Under the pieces are notes generated by a model that did not search any database, was not told the DNA's origin, and saw nothing but the letters and a program-made list of their open reading frames with translations. From positions 1,001 through 65,000 of the IMG/VR virus record IMGVR_UViG_3300028584_000320: a stretch of 64,000 bases of DNA. One strand, 5' to 3'. A program made the position numbers and the translations under genes. Below, one piece after another: positions 35,160-46,200 of the stretch (position 1 is the stretch's first letter; the number at the start of each line of letters is the position of its first letter). This stretch comes from a virus.

Positions 35160-37631
35160 GTGGGCCTCTTCAGCTCCAAGAAGAAGACCTATGTCGCTTC
35201 GACTTGCTACAATCTGGCAGGCGATGAGAACGAGCGCCCCGACTACCTGAAGTCAGTGGTCGTCGGGGCTGTGATCAGCGGCGATCGTAGCGTCTCTCTG
35301 GGTGAAGCGATCCAGAACGGCTTCACTGGGGGTCCTGGAGCCAAGCTGAAGAGCTACTACCGCTGGGCCAGGGACAACTACGAGTCACTGATCGGCTTCT
35401 CCTCCAGCGGGCTGGCTTCGGCCCCTGACGTCAGCGCCTCGACCGTGGACAGTCACATTTCCGCGGCGCCTGGCAACTCGGTCTCTGTGCAGTCGGTCAA
35501 GGTAGGACCTGCAGACCTGGAGGTTTGGGCCGAGCAGTGGATGCTCAACAACTACTACGCCCAGTTCAGCGGCGAGTGGCGAGCCGACTTTGACGAAGCC
35601 ACAGGGGAGGTGGTTGTCACCCTGCCTGCTGGTTCGGTGCATCGGTTTACGCCGGCCGGCTTCGACAAAGACGCCACCTACGTGTTCGCGACCTACAACG
35701 AGGTCACCGAAGGTGTGACCCTGCCGACGGTCATTGGCAGCACGATCCTTCTGGCGACAGGGGCAGCATTTCCCTCCACGACTGGCTGGTCGACAACGAG
35801 CTTCACGACCACCCCCAGGACTGTACCCTCCGCCTACAACGAGACGCACGGCGTTTACACCAAGACTGAGCTGGTCGGGAACGAGTCGTCGGTCATCGTC
35901 TACAACCTGACCAGCGTGATGTACCAGGACCAGACGGGCCGCGATAACGGCTCTGGTGTGCTCATCATCGACAGGTCTTACAAGATCAACACGACGCAGA
36001 CGGTCGTGGTCGACTACTCGCCGCTGAAGGTGTTCATCTACAAGGTTGGCTCTGGGATTACCGAGCTTGATGATCAGGTAAGCGACAACTCAGGCGGAAT
36101 GAGTGGGTTCTTTCCGCCCATTCCTGTTCGCATCAACAACCAGTTTGTGTCCGACAGCTTCCTGCCTGACCAGTATGATAACGCCAAGAAGGCGTTCAAA
36201 AAGCTGATTGGCGGCACCAAGTTCGATGAGCTGGTGGCTTCTCTGGAAGACAACCCGGACTTGGGCGACATTGACTACGTCTATGTGGTCCCTGGCGTCT
36301 CCCTCAATGTGAAGGAAAACGCCTGTAGGAAGTACCTCTACAAGTTCTTTGCCAACGCAATGGCGACCTCTCTTTATGGAGAGACGGAGTACACTGCCTG
36401 GGGGGCCGGCACAGAGGATGGCAAGGAAGCCATGCTCGAGTGGAGAGAATGGCTTGCTGCCCAGGCGATCGATGGTGATGCCCTGCAAGGCAGTGCTGAG
36501 CCAGTCCGCGGTAGCTATGCCGCATCGGCCACGAATGAGATCCTGGTCAAGGCTACAGCTGACAGCCTGGGGTATGACACTCGCATTTCCTGGAGCTCGA
36601 TCACTGAGGACGCTGGTTCGGGTCTTTCCAGGCCAGGCGCTGTTAAGGGTGATGTCTGGCTCGCTTCTGGAGATTCGCTCTACAGCCAGGGCCTGATCAA
36701 CGGCGGCTCTCTGGGAGAGCTCGATACCGCCAATACGACGGACCTGGTGATCTACTGGCAGCTAAGCGCCGTCAGCTGGAAGCGTTTGACCATCCGTGAG
36801 CTGGTTCACCGCAACTACGTCTACGGCGGCAAGTTCGTGGAGATCAGTGCCCAGGAAGCGATGGAGGATATCGACGACTCTGGCTTCATCGTACCGCTGC
36901 ACTATGAGACCCTGAAGAGCATGTCGGCCAAAGACTGCGCTCAAATGTCCACGGCTTGCCTGTTCATCGTCATCAACACCTACCAGATCGTAAAGAAGAA
37001 GTGGTATCAGACCGGCTGGTTCAAGCTTCTGGTGATCATCGTTGTTGTGGTTTTGACGATCATCTTTCCTCCAGCAGGACTGGTGGGAGCGTCTGCTTTC
37101 ACAATTGCTGTGGTTACGTTGGCGAACATCTTGATCAGCATGATACTGTTCAAGATCATTCAGACAGTGTCTATCGAACTGTTTGGTAGAAAAGCCGGCA
37201 CGATCATCGCGATCATAGCCAGTTTCTTGGCTATGAACCCTGAACTGTTGACGCAGAGCCTGGGCGAAAGCCTAACTTACTTGAGCCAAGTGGAGCAATT
37301 GACCAGCCTTACCAGTGCTGTTGGTCAGCTTGGGCAAGCCATAAGCGCTATCAAAGTCCAGGACATAGCGAGCAAGAACCAGAGTGTTCTGGAAGATTAC
37401 GCACGCATATCCAAACAACTATCGGATCTATATGCCAAGAACCTTGGTTCAGACTTCTCGTTTGACGCTATGTCGCTAACAAGCTCTTCAAACGCCGATC
37501 GTTTTGTTGTAGAGCCGAGGAGCGTCTTCCTCGCCAGAACACTGATGACCGGAAGTGACATTGCTGAGCTGTCTAACAGCCTGGTGTCTGACTTCACGTC
37601 GTTGACTCTGAACACGGAACTCCCGGTTTAA
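35160..37631 (+). CDS. virion structural protein (N4 gp53-like)
   Basis: MGLFSSKKKTYVAS start, 823 aa, KKKWYQTGWF then hydrophobic segment. Confidence 0.8.
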   Translation: MGLFSSKKKTYVASTCYNLAGDENERPDYLKSVVVGAVISGDRSVSLGEAIQNGFTGGPGAKLKSYYRWARDNYESLIGFSSSGLASAPDVSASTVDSHISAAPGNSVSVQSVKVGPADLEVWAEQWMLNNYYAQFSGEWRADFDEATGEVVVTLPAGSVHRFTPAGFDKDATYVFATYNEVTEGVTLPTVIGSTILLATGAAFPSTTGWSTTSFTTTPRTVPSAYNETHGVYTKTELVGNESSVIVYNLTSVMYQDQTGRDNGSGVLIIDRSYKINTTQTVVVDYSPLKVFIYKVGSGITELDDQVSDNSGGMSGFFPPIPVRINNQFVSDSFLPDQYDNAKKAFKKLIGGTKFDELVASLEDNPDLGDIDYVYVVPGVSLNVKENACRKYLYKFFANAMATSLYGETEYTAWGAGTEDGKEAMLEWREWLAAQAIDGDALQGSAEPVRGSYAASATNEILVKATADSLGYDTRISWSSITEDAGSGLSRPGAVKGDVWLASGDSLYSQGLINGGSLGELDTANTTDLVIYWQLSAVSWKRLTIRELVHRNYVYGGKFVEISAQEAMEDIDDSGFIVPLHYETLKSMSAKDCAQMSTACLFIVINTYQIVKKKWYQTGWFKLLVIIVVVVLTIIFPPAGLVGASAFTIAVVTLANILISMILFKIIQTVSIELFGRKAGTIIAIIASFLAMNPELLTQSLGESLTYLSQVEQLTSLTSAVGQLGQAISAIKVQDIASKNQSVLEDYARISKQLSDLYAKNLGSDFSFDAMSLTSSSNADRFVVEPRSVFLARTLMTGSDIAELSNSLVSDFTSLTLNTELPV

Positions 37632-37652
37632 GTGTCGGTACAGGAACAAGAC

Positions 37653-38099
37653 ATGACCCCCTTCCAGATGCCCAACAGCGGGTTTTCTATGCCCGACAAC
37701 GGCAGCGGCCTTTTCAATGCGGCTGGCTTTTCTCCAGATCAGATTAACTACGGCGGCGGCTTTGGCGGGATGAAGAGCCTTATGAGCTCTGGCCCTGCTC
37801 AGGACGGTGGGTTGTTCGGCTTCAAAGGCTTGGGCAAGAACATGGCTACGATCAACGCAGGTCTGTCTGGTGTACAGACGCTGGCTGGTCTGTGGGGCGC
37901 TCTGAAGGCTGCTGACGTGGCCAAGAAGCAGCTGGCTTTCACCAAAGCCACGACCAACGCCAACCTGGCTAACCAGACCCAGTCTTACAACACCGGCATC
38001 GCTGACCGTGCTCGGGCTCGTGGTGCTTTCGAGGGTCAGAGCCAGTCCCAGGTGTCGGACTACATCACCCAGAACTCGCTCGCCAAGCGTACCGTCTAA
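37653..38099 (+). CDS. virion/ejection protein (N4 gp52-like)
   Basis: Gly-rich N-half, NLANQTQSYNT block; ATG after AGGA SD. Confidence 0.75.
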   Translation: MTPFQMPNSGFSMPDNGSGLFNAAGFSPDQINYGGGFGGMKSLMSSGPAQDGGLFGFKGLGKNMATINAGLSGVQTLAGLWGALKAADVAKKQLAFTKATTNANLANQTQSYNTGIADRARARGAFEGQSQSQVSDYITQNSLAKRTV

Positions 38100-38108
38100 G
38101 GATTTCTA

Positions 38109-40112
38109 ATGACCCAGTTCACTTGGCGGGACGTAGCCGCTCCTGATTTCTCCGGTGCTGCCAAGGGCTTCACCGAAGCTGGCCGGCTGCTGCAAGATAC
38201 GATCGGAAAGGCGTCCAGCGGCATTGAGGCGTTCGACAAGAGCCAAGACACTTTGGCTGCCGAACAGCTCAGGACGTTCATCGCCAAGAACCAAGATCCT
38301 GCTGCTCTGCAAGCAGCTTTTGTCGCCGGCAATGTGGGCGGCATGGATACGGTCGGCAACAAGCGCTTTGCTCGGGCTGCGCTGGATCAGCTGAACCCTG
38401 ACGCTATCAGCGCTATGGTCGAAGCTCAACGAGCTCGAGCTAATAGCCAAACGGCTTTTGACCAGAAGACGAAAATGGACGGCCTCTCTGACGAGCGGCA
38501 AGCCATCGACGTGGCTCTGGCCAATGGCCATGTCAAAAGGGCTGAGGAAATTCGGGCCGGCATTGATGCAACTGGCTTGGGCTGGGACAATGTGGGCGTC
38601 ATTGGCTCATCCCTCATCAAAGCCAGAAACAGCCAAACGGGCGCCGATAGCTCGGCGTTTGATTTCAGCAAGACGGTTGATGACCACCTGACGAACAAGG
38701 CGGTCATTCAGTATGTCGAGCAGATCCGCGGTAGCGAAGACCCGTCTGGCTACGAGCTGGCTCTGAACTCTCTCGATGTCAGCCCAGAAGTGCGGGCCGG
38801 CGTTCGCAGGAGCCTTGGCATCGGATCTGATGCTGCACCTGGCTCCTCTGCAGGGTTTGGCGGTTCGGGTGCCGCTGGTGGTGCTGGTGGCGGCTACGGC
38901 ACCATTGTTGGCGGCGTTGTATCTCCGCCCAGGCCCATCGAAACGATGACGATCGCTGAACTCGAAGAGTTCGGCAACAAGGTGGTCATTCCTGCGACCA
39001 GAGACATGGATCCCGCTAAGCGAGCTCAGCTTGGTTTGACCGGTAACCTGGGCTCTAGCGCCATGGGTCGCTACCAGATCATTGGCGACACGGCGATTTC
39101 CTACGCCAAGAAGCTAGGTCTGGATCCAAGCACCACGGTCTACAGTCCCGCTGTCCAGGAGCGGCTGGCAGAAGCCATCTACAACGACGCCAAGGGTGGC
39201 GATCTTACCAAGGTGTTTGCTTCGGTGCCGAAGCGTCCTGCTGGCTTCTACGCCGGTAAGAGCTGGGCAGAGATGCGTGACTCAATCGCTGCCGGTGAAT
39301 CTGGTGGTTCGGCTGCAGCGCTCATGATCCAGACTGCGGCTGCGAACCAAGATGTGAAGAGCACGTCTCAGTTGAACAACGCCGGCTCCTTGGCGGAGGC
39401 GTTCGACAAGTCCTGGAACGACGGCAGGAGCGAGTCTCAGGTAGCTCAGGATCTCCTGGATAAAGAGGGCTTTAAGGGCAAGGGCGTCGACCAAGGCCTT
39501 CTCATCGGTAAGCTGGGTCAGATCCAAGCCAGGGCACTCAAGGCCGGCTACGAGATCCGGCCGGCAGTGGCTGCTGAGATCCTGAAGAGGTCCCTCCAAG
39601 AAGAGAACGCGCTTGAGCGTTTTGCTCTTGGTGAGGATATCGGCAACGGTCGGAAGATGAACTGGCGCCAGGTTGATAGCTACATCAACCAGTTGCAGAC
39701 CGGACAGATCAAGACGGCAGCAACCGCTAATGAGGTGCTTGCACAGACTGAGTCTGGTTTTGGTGTCGCTAAGCAAAACTATGAAGCAGCTAAACAGCGA
39801 CTTACCACAGTAACCGCTGCAGCCAAGAGTAAGCCTAACTTCAATCCTGCCTCTATTGCTAGAGCGCAAGAAGAGTTCAACTCGGCCACCGCTGCATACG
39901 CTATTGCGGCGGAGTCGAGGGATGCAGGTATTTCCGCACCAGTGCGGGCTACTAACCCGACTGTTGCAAGGCAGTCTTCTGCTCCTGCAGCAGTAGCGGC
40001 CCCAGTCAAGAAGGGTCCAGAGACCCGGTACGTGACTGTAAATATCGGTCGAGGTCTGACTGAGCGAGTTCGAGAAGTTAAGTCTCCTCGAGGTGTTTGG
40101 ATCAAGGGCTAG
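38109..40112 (+). CDS. ejection protein (N4 gp51-like) with lysozyme-like domain
   Basis: TWRDVAAPDFS N-terminus; SSAMGRYQI...YSPAVQERLA lambda-lysozyme-like motif. Confidence 0.75.
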   Translation: MTQFTWRDVAAPDFSGAAKGFTEAGRLLQDTIGKASSGIEAFDKSQDTLAAEQLRTFIAKNQDPAALQAAFVAGNVGGMDTVGNKRFARAALDQLNPDAISAMVEAQRARANSQTAFDQKTKMDGLSDERQAIDVALANGHVKRAEEIRAGIDATGLGWDNVGVIGSSLIKARNSQTGADSSAFDFSKTVDDHLTNKAVIQYVEQIRGSEDPSGYELALNSLDVSPEVRAGVRRSLGIGSDAAPGSSAGFGGSGAAGGAGGGYGTIVGGVVSPPRPIETMTIAELEEFGNKVVIPATRDMDPAKRAQLGLTGNLGSSAMGRYQIIGDTAISYAKKLGLDPSTTVYSPAVQERLAEAIYNDAKGGDLTKVFASVPKRPAGFYAGKSWAEMRDSIAAGESGGSAAALMIQTAAANQDVKSTSQLNNAGSLAEAFDKSWNDGRSESQVAQDLLDKEGFKGKGVDQGLLIGKLGQIQARALKAGYEIRPAVAAEILKRSLQEENALERFALGEDIGNGRKMNWRQVDSYINQLQTGQIKTAATANEVLAQTESGFGVAKQNYEAAKQRLTTVTAAAKSKPNFNPASIARAQEEFNSATAAYAIAAESRDAGISAPVRATNPTVARQSSAPAAVAAPVKKGPETRYVTVNIGRGLTERVREVKSPRGVWIKG

Positions 40113-40165
40113 ATATAAGTCTAGCTAGACTTCTACTTGCTGTCTAAAGGCAACAAGGATTAAAG

Positions 40166-40204
40166 AAAGAGGCCTCGGTTTTGCTGACCGCGGCCTCTTT
40201 TTTG
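40166..40204 (+). terminator. rho-independent terminator before vRNAP
   Basis: GAGGCC.CGGT...ACCG.GGCCTC stem then TTTTTTT. Confidence 0.75.
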
Positions 40205-40216
40205 TTGGGATAACCT

Positions 40217-43200
40217 ATGGCTGACATCAGCGCTCTGATCGCCCAATCTTTGGGTGTGGTTCCCAGCAAGCAAGCTGAGGTCAGCGCAGCAGCCGAACAG
40301 AAGAAGCAACAGCTATCTGGGAAGACCCCAGCTCAGGCGTACTTGGACGCTGCTGCTCGGTTCAAGGGCCAGGACGTGGCCGGGCCTGATATGAGCACGG
40401 GCAGTGCTGCAGATATCCAACGAGCTCTGCTTACCGAGTCGATCGCTTCAAACCAGTTCTACGGGGACAGGTCCGCGGAACGCAGCGAAGCCGAAACCTA
40501 CGGTGACATCGCTTCTGGAGTAGGCCTGGGAGCCGTCAATTCGGTGCTCGGCATTGGAGCCCTGGGTCTGGGTGTTGTCAGTGACGAGCTGGGCACCGCA
40601 GCTGCAGAAGGCATCTCCGACTTCAATAAGTGGGGACACGACAAGCAGTCGGCTGGCTTGGCTGCAAAGCGCAATGCCTACGGTGCGTCGAACGAAGTCG
40701 ACATGCAGGACAACGCCGCCCTGTATGAGTCTGACCTGGCTCAGTACGGAGCGTTCCAGGCTGGCCTCAACCGCATGGGTCGGGATGCTGTCGACGCTGG
40801 TCGTAACGCTCTCGAGGACCCGGCTATCCTCACGGACGGTATTGCTACTGGAGCTGGCTCACTGCTGGTTGGTGGTCCCGCAAGCAAGGCCCTGAAAGCA
40901 GTAGGCGTTGCAGAGAAACTGGCTTTCCCTCTGGCGATCGGAGCCATGGAAGGTGGTGGTGCATATCAAGGCGCCGTCGAAGCATCCCTTGCGAAGGGTG
41001 CTTCCCGAAATGACGCCAATGCTGCTGGTCTGATTGCTGCTGCGGTCCAGGCTCCGGTGGGTGCTGTGACCGGCAAGATCGTCTCCAAGTTTGAGACTGC
41101 ACCTCTCAAGGTTTCCAACCTGGTGGAAGGCCTGGCCAACATCGGTCGGGAGACCCTGGAAGAAGGTCTGCAGTCGGCCTCTGGTCAGTTTGCCCAGAAC
41201 GTCGGTGTGAAGGTTGCTGTTGATCCAAACCAGTCGCTGACCGAAGGCGTAGGCGAACAGACGGCTCTTGGCTCGCTGTACGGCATGGGTACGGCCGGCG
41301 TTATTCAGGCACCTGGTCTGGCAGGTCAGGCCGCGGTGTCTGGAGCCAAGGCTGCCTTCAACGCTACGGTCGTGCCCTTCATGGGTCGGGAAGCCCGCAT
41401 CCAGGAAGCGGCCAAAGCCCAGAGCACTGAACAAGCCAACGCTGCCCAGGCTGAGGTGGTGGCTGGTGCTCCGACCCTGCGCCAGGAACTTGATGCTTTG
41501 GTTGGTTCCAGCGGTAGCGCTGATGCCCCGAAGATGGCCGAGTACCTGAACCAGTTCTTCGACAAGGTGGCGTTCGATCCTGCAGAAGCTGCCAACGAGT
41601 CGCCAGTAGTTCGGGCCGCTGTCGAGGGCACGAACAATCGCTTTGACGCCCTCAAGAGCGTGGCTGCGATCAACGACGATCCCAATGCCTCGGATCAGAT
41701 GAAGGCCCTGGCTGGGGCGTATCTGCTTAAGCAGTACAACGAGTTCAAGGATCTTGTTCATGGCGGACTGAACGCCACCGTCGATAAGATCGACGACAAC
41801 GATCCGCTGCTCGCAAAGCTGCGTGAGTTTGAAGACACCACCCTGGCTCTGGCCAGTCATCCGGTGATTGCGCCGGCGATGAAGGCTGCTCTGGAAGCAG
41901 CCAAGAGCCCTGCTGTCGCTGAGCAATTCAGCCAGGCTTCTATGGAAGCTCCTGGCGGTATCGAAGCTGCTCAACAGATGGCTGAAGCCGTCACTGAGCT
42001 GACCAAGAGTGACCCATCAAGCGGCAATCTGGAGGTGTTGAACACCATCAGAGCGCACGCTGTATCGGGCAAGATCAAGCTTACTCCGGAACAGCTGAGC
42101 ATCCTGACGGCTTCGTCGGCGCTGATCAGGGGCAATGCTGAGCGTGTTGCGGCTATGAAGGCGCTCGGCATCAAAGAGAATGCCCGGGTGTCGGAAGAGG
42201 CTCAGAGCCTTGAGGCCAATGGGGATCCTGACAAAGAGCCGGTGCAGTCGGCTTCCGCCAAAGCCAAGGCTGCTATCAAGGCTGCCCTGTCTGGTGACAC
42301 TGAACTAGCCAGCTTGCACCTGGTGGATATGCGTCTGCTGGCGGAGCACTTCCAAAACAAAGTGACCGCCTTCAACGACAACCTGGCAAGCGGCCGTCCT
42401 GACAAGAAGACGGGCTTCACCGGCATCCGCAAAGAGCGCCGGCTGGCAGAGGCCAAATGGGGACCGGCTAGCCCTGTTTGGCTCAACACCGGAAGCGAGA
42501 CGTCTATCCGACTGGCTCAGGCTGCTGCGTTGGACGGCAAGGCGATCGCTGATATGGTCAACGGTCTGTCAGAGGCATTCCCCGACATCGCCGTGAAGCG
42601 TGTCGATCCTGTTGCTCTCACTGTCGATCCTGGCCTGACCAAGACCGCTGCTGAGATCATGAAAGAGCGTAGCCGAGCCAAGGACAAGCAACCCGTCCAG
42701 GAGGCAAAGCCTGTCGAGGCTCCTGTCCAGGAAAAGCCCCAGGTTGATAAGCCGGAGCCTGCGAAGGCCGAGGAAGAGCCTGCTCCTGTGGCTGAGAAGC
42801 CTGTCAAAGAAGAGGCTCCCGCTAAGGCTGAACCAGCTCTCGAAAAGCCGGTTGCCGAAGTCGTCCCTGACAAGAAGCCTGCCGAGACCGCGGAGAAAGT
42901 CGCTGTTGAACCAGAGGCGAAAGAAGCCCCATTCAGCAAGCTGATTGGCGCCGGCAAGAACCGTAACTGGTTCATCAACGGGTTCTCTGCCCCTGATGCC
43001 AGCCTGTCTCGCCTGGTGGGTATGGGCGACAAGGTGTTCTCGAACATCAAGGCTGCCGTGCTGTCCTCGACGGCTCTAGCCAATCTGACGGGCAAGAAGA
43101 ACAAGGCCATGGGTGCCGATCTGTCGGCGTCCTTCGGCACGGTACTGGGTATGTCTGGCTCGATTGTCGAAGTCATGGAACAGCGTCTCGCTGCCTTCCT

Positions 43201-46200
43201 CTCCTCGACCGACATCGACAAGGCCCGTGAAGAAAACCCGACCCAGGAGTGGGTGGGTGGTCGAGCCCTGAACATCGTCGAGGTTCGTGAAGACGGAACC
43301 AAGGGCTACAATGTCGAGCTGCTGCAGCAAGCCGTTCTGGCCGGGTTGAGCTGGTTGGTTCAAAGCCAAAGTCGGCCCCTCAAGGGCATGGATGCTGAGG
43401 CTGTAGCTGAGTACGCCGGCAAGCCGGTCGAACAGATCACGCCTGACATGATCGACGCCTTCAACTCAGGGGTTCCCCTGGTTCAGGCTGCTGCTGACAT
43501 GGGTGCTGCAATCACCCGCTTCTGGGGCGTGAAGGCAAACGACAATGCACCTGAGGGCCTGGTCAAGGGTGTCGCTGAAGGCGTCGCCAAAGAGATCATG
43601 GCTGCCATGCGGCACGAGAGCGTGTCCCTGCTGGACATCTCGCCGCGGACTTTTGCCGACCCAGTTGGCCAACAAGATGCCGAGAGCGAGGACGGTGCGG
43701 TCGAGAAGTCCTACCAGTTTGTCGCGCTGAAGATCCTGGGCGACACGGACACTGACAAAGCTGGCTACAGGAAGGCCTGGCGCAACATGTCCACCATGCC
43801 AGACGCCATTGAGCAGGCTGCTCTGGTGGCCCCTGATCCGACTCGGTTTGTCGGTGCTCCATCTGCCAACGTGCCCAAGAGCCAGCTGCGAAACAGCATG
43901 GTGCCTTTGAGCGATGAGCAGGTCGAAATGGTGACGAACGCCAACCAGACCGCTCACATGCCCAACATGCCGATGGTCGGCCTGTATAAGGCCCTGGGCT
44001 TGGATGCCTTGAGAGAGCTGTTCGGTGCCGGACTGCTAGATGCAGACGTCGAAGCCAAGACCAACGTCAACACGTTCCGGTCGATGAAGGGCAAGAACAA
44101 CAGCATCTCTGGAGCCTTTGAGGCCTTCGAGAGCATGGTTGGCTCGATCGAACTTGAGGCTGCTGAGCTGGGTAAAGAAGCGGCTGACGTGCCTGTGTTC
44201 TTTGAGCACGCTGTCTTGGGCAGCGGTCGTCTGATGGTGACTGGAGCCTACAATCCTCAGGCCAGCAAGCTGACCCGGGAAGCCTGGCTCCCCACTCGTG
44301 CTGTGGTCGATCTGACTGATCCTGAGATGCTGACCCGCTTTAAGCTGGCAGTGGCCCAGGCGTGGGGCGAGAAGGTCCACAAACAGAGCCACGAGGCTTC
44401 GGGCCTGGTCGTCGACAGGATGGCCCAGGAGGACGTCTCTGAGGTCCTGGCGGCGCTGGATAGGTTCCTGGACACTGGCGTCATGGAAGACGACTTTGCC
44501 CAGCTGATGATCGAGAAGTTCAAAGGCAAGCAGACGGCTGTAGCCTTGCACGCCTCGCTGGAGATGGCTCGCTACTTCCTAGCCAGCCCTGAAGAGCTCA
44601 AGGCTTTCCAGACGCATTTGTATGTCGAAGCCGATGGCATGACCAACGGTCCGATCATGGCGCTCTATCATCTGTCGGAGGGTAGCTTCACCGAGAGCTG
44701 GATCGAGCTGATGAGCAAGGGTGGCTTGTATCTGGGAGCCCCTGGCATCAACGCCAGGATCTTTATCACAGGCGACAAAGAGAACGAGCTGGACGTCTAC
44801 AACGTCAGCTCGACCGGCACCCAAGCCAATGTGGCTGCAGCCAAAAAGACATACACTGGCAAGGTACTCAGGCACTCTGGCCTGGTCGACACGCTACTGA
44901 AAGATCTGCTCAAGGGCGCTTCTATCAACGATAAGGGCGAGCTCGAAGTTGGTCGAGACGTGACCAAGAACCCTCAGACCGTGATCGTCTATGGTGCTGG
45001 CGTAGCGGGTGTCACCAATGCTGTGGTCAAGAAGATTGAAGAAGCCTTTTACGCTGAGCTGACGAAGGCTGAACAAGGTCTAGCCAACAACGCTGATGAC
45101 ATGATCGCTCTTGTTGAAGAGCTGAGCAGCACCTTTATCGGCAAGAGCAAAGATGGCGAGGGCTTTTATGTTACTCTGGCGCGGGAAGTGAATCTTCCCA
45201 AAGACAGAAGCTACACAAAGTACACGCTGACTAAGAGTCAACTGAAGAATTTGTCTGGTAACGTTCAGTTCTTCTTCGTTAGTCACATGGTGAAAGCTCT
45301 AGAAGCGGTCATGGACGACACGTCCAAGGGCCGAGATGCTCTTCAGCAGGCAACAGCTGCCCAGTCCCTGGTCATGCAGCACACGTTTGTGAAGCTGATC
45401 AGCGACAAGCTGGCGACCAAGAGTGACGACGAGGCCAAGAATTTCCTTAGCAAAAAGGAAATGCGGGAGGTCGAGCGGGATCTCCTCAAGATGTTCCCGT
45501 TGATCAAGACGGATGACCAGTCGTTCCTGGCCGCCAAGAACGCTGTGTCGGCTGTCTATTCCAGGGCTCGTCCCGGCAAGGATGGCAAGATGCCGTCTCG
45601 CCGGCGCTACTTCCAATTCTCTCGCACGCTGGATGGCGATCTGAGTTCGGATGCCCTGGTTCGCGGACCCAGCAATGCTGGCGTCGCCGCCATTCCTATG
45701 ATGGTTCAGGGCTTCGGTGATGCTCTGACGATCCAGAAACTCACGACTGGGAAGGATCGCCCAAAGAGAATGCTGCCGGTCTATGACGGCATTCACTTCC
45801 CCTTGGACACGCTCAAGGAAGACGGTACCAGAGCCAACGAGGCTGTCTATCGAGCCTGGCAGAGCAATCCTTTGCAGGCCGTTAGCGAGAGTTTCCAGGG
45901 TTTCTTGTCGAACTTGTCAGCCAAGGATGCGTCTGGAGAGTTCAGCATCGGCATGTCTGAAGAGCTCCGCATGGATCTGGCGGATCTGTTTCTGGGTAAG
46001 CCAAGGAAAGGCGAGCCTCGCAGAGGAATGGATCCCACTGAGATCCAGGTCGAGTTGCGGCTTGCCGGCCGCAGGCTTGCTAATGCCGCCAGGAAGTCCC
46101 TGGCTCGTCACCGTGCTCTGGCCCGGGTGCAGATGTCTGTTGACCAGATGTCCTCGATCGAAGCGGCCTATGAGCCAAACGGCAAAGATCTGATCAGCCT

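Noticed and set aside
42660-42930. Pro/Glu/Lys/Ala-rich repeat-like tract in vRNAP
   Set aside because: Disordered linker before the polymerase domain; no exact DNA repeats.
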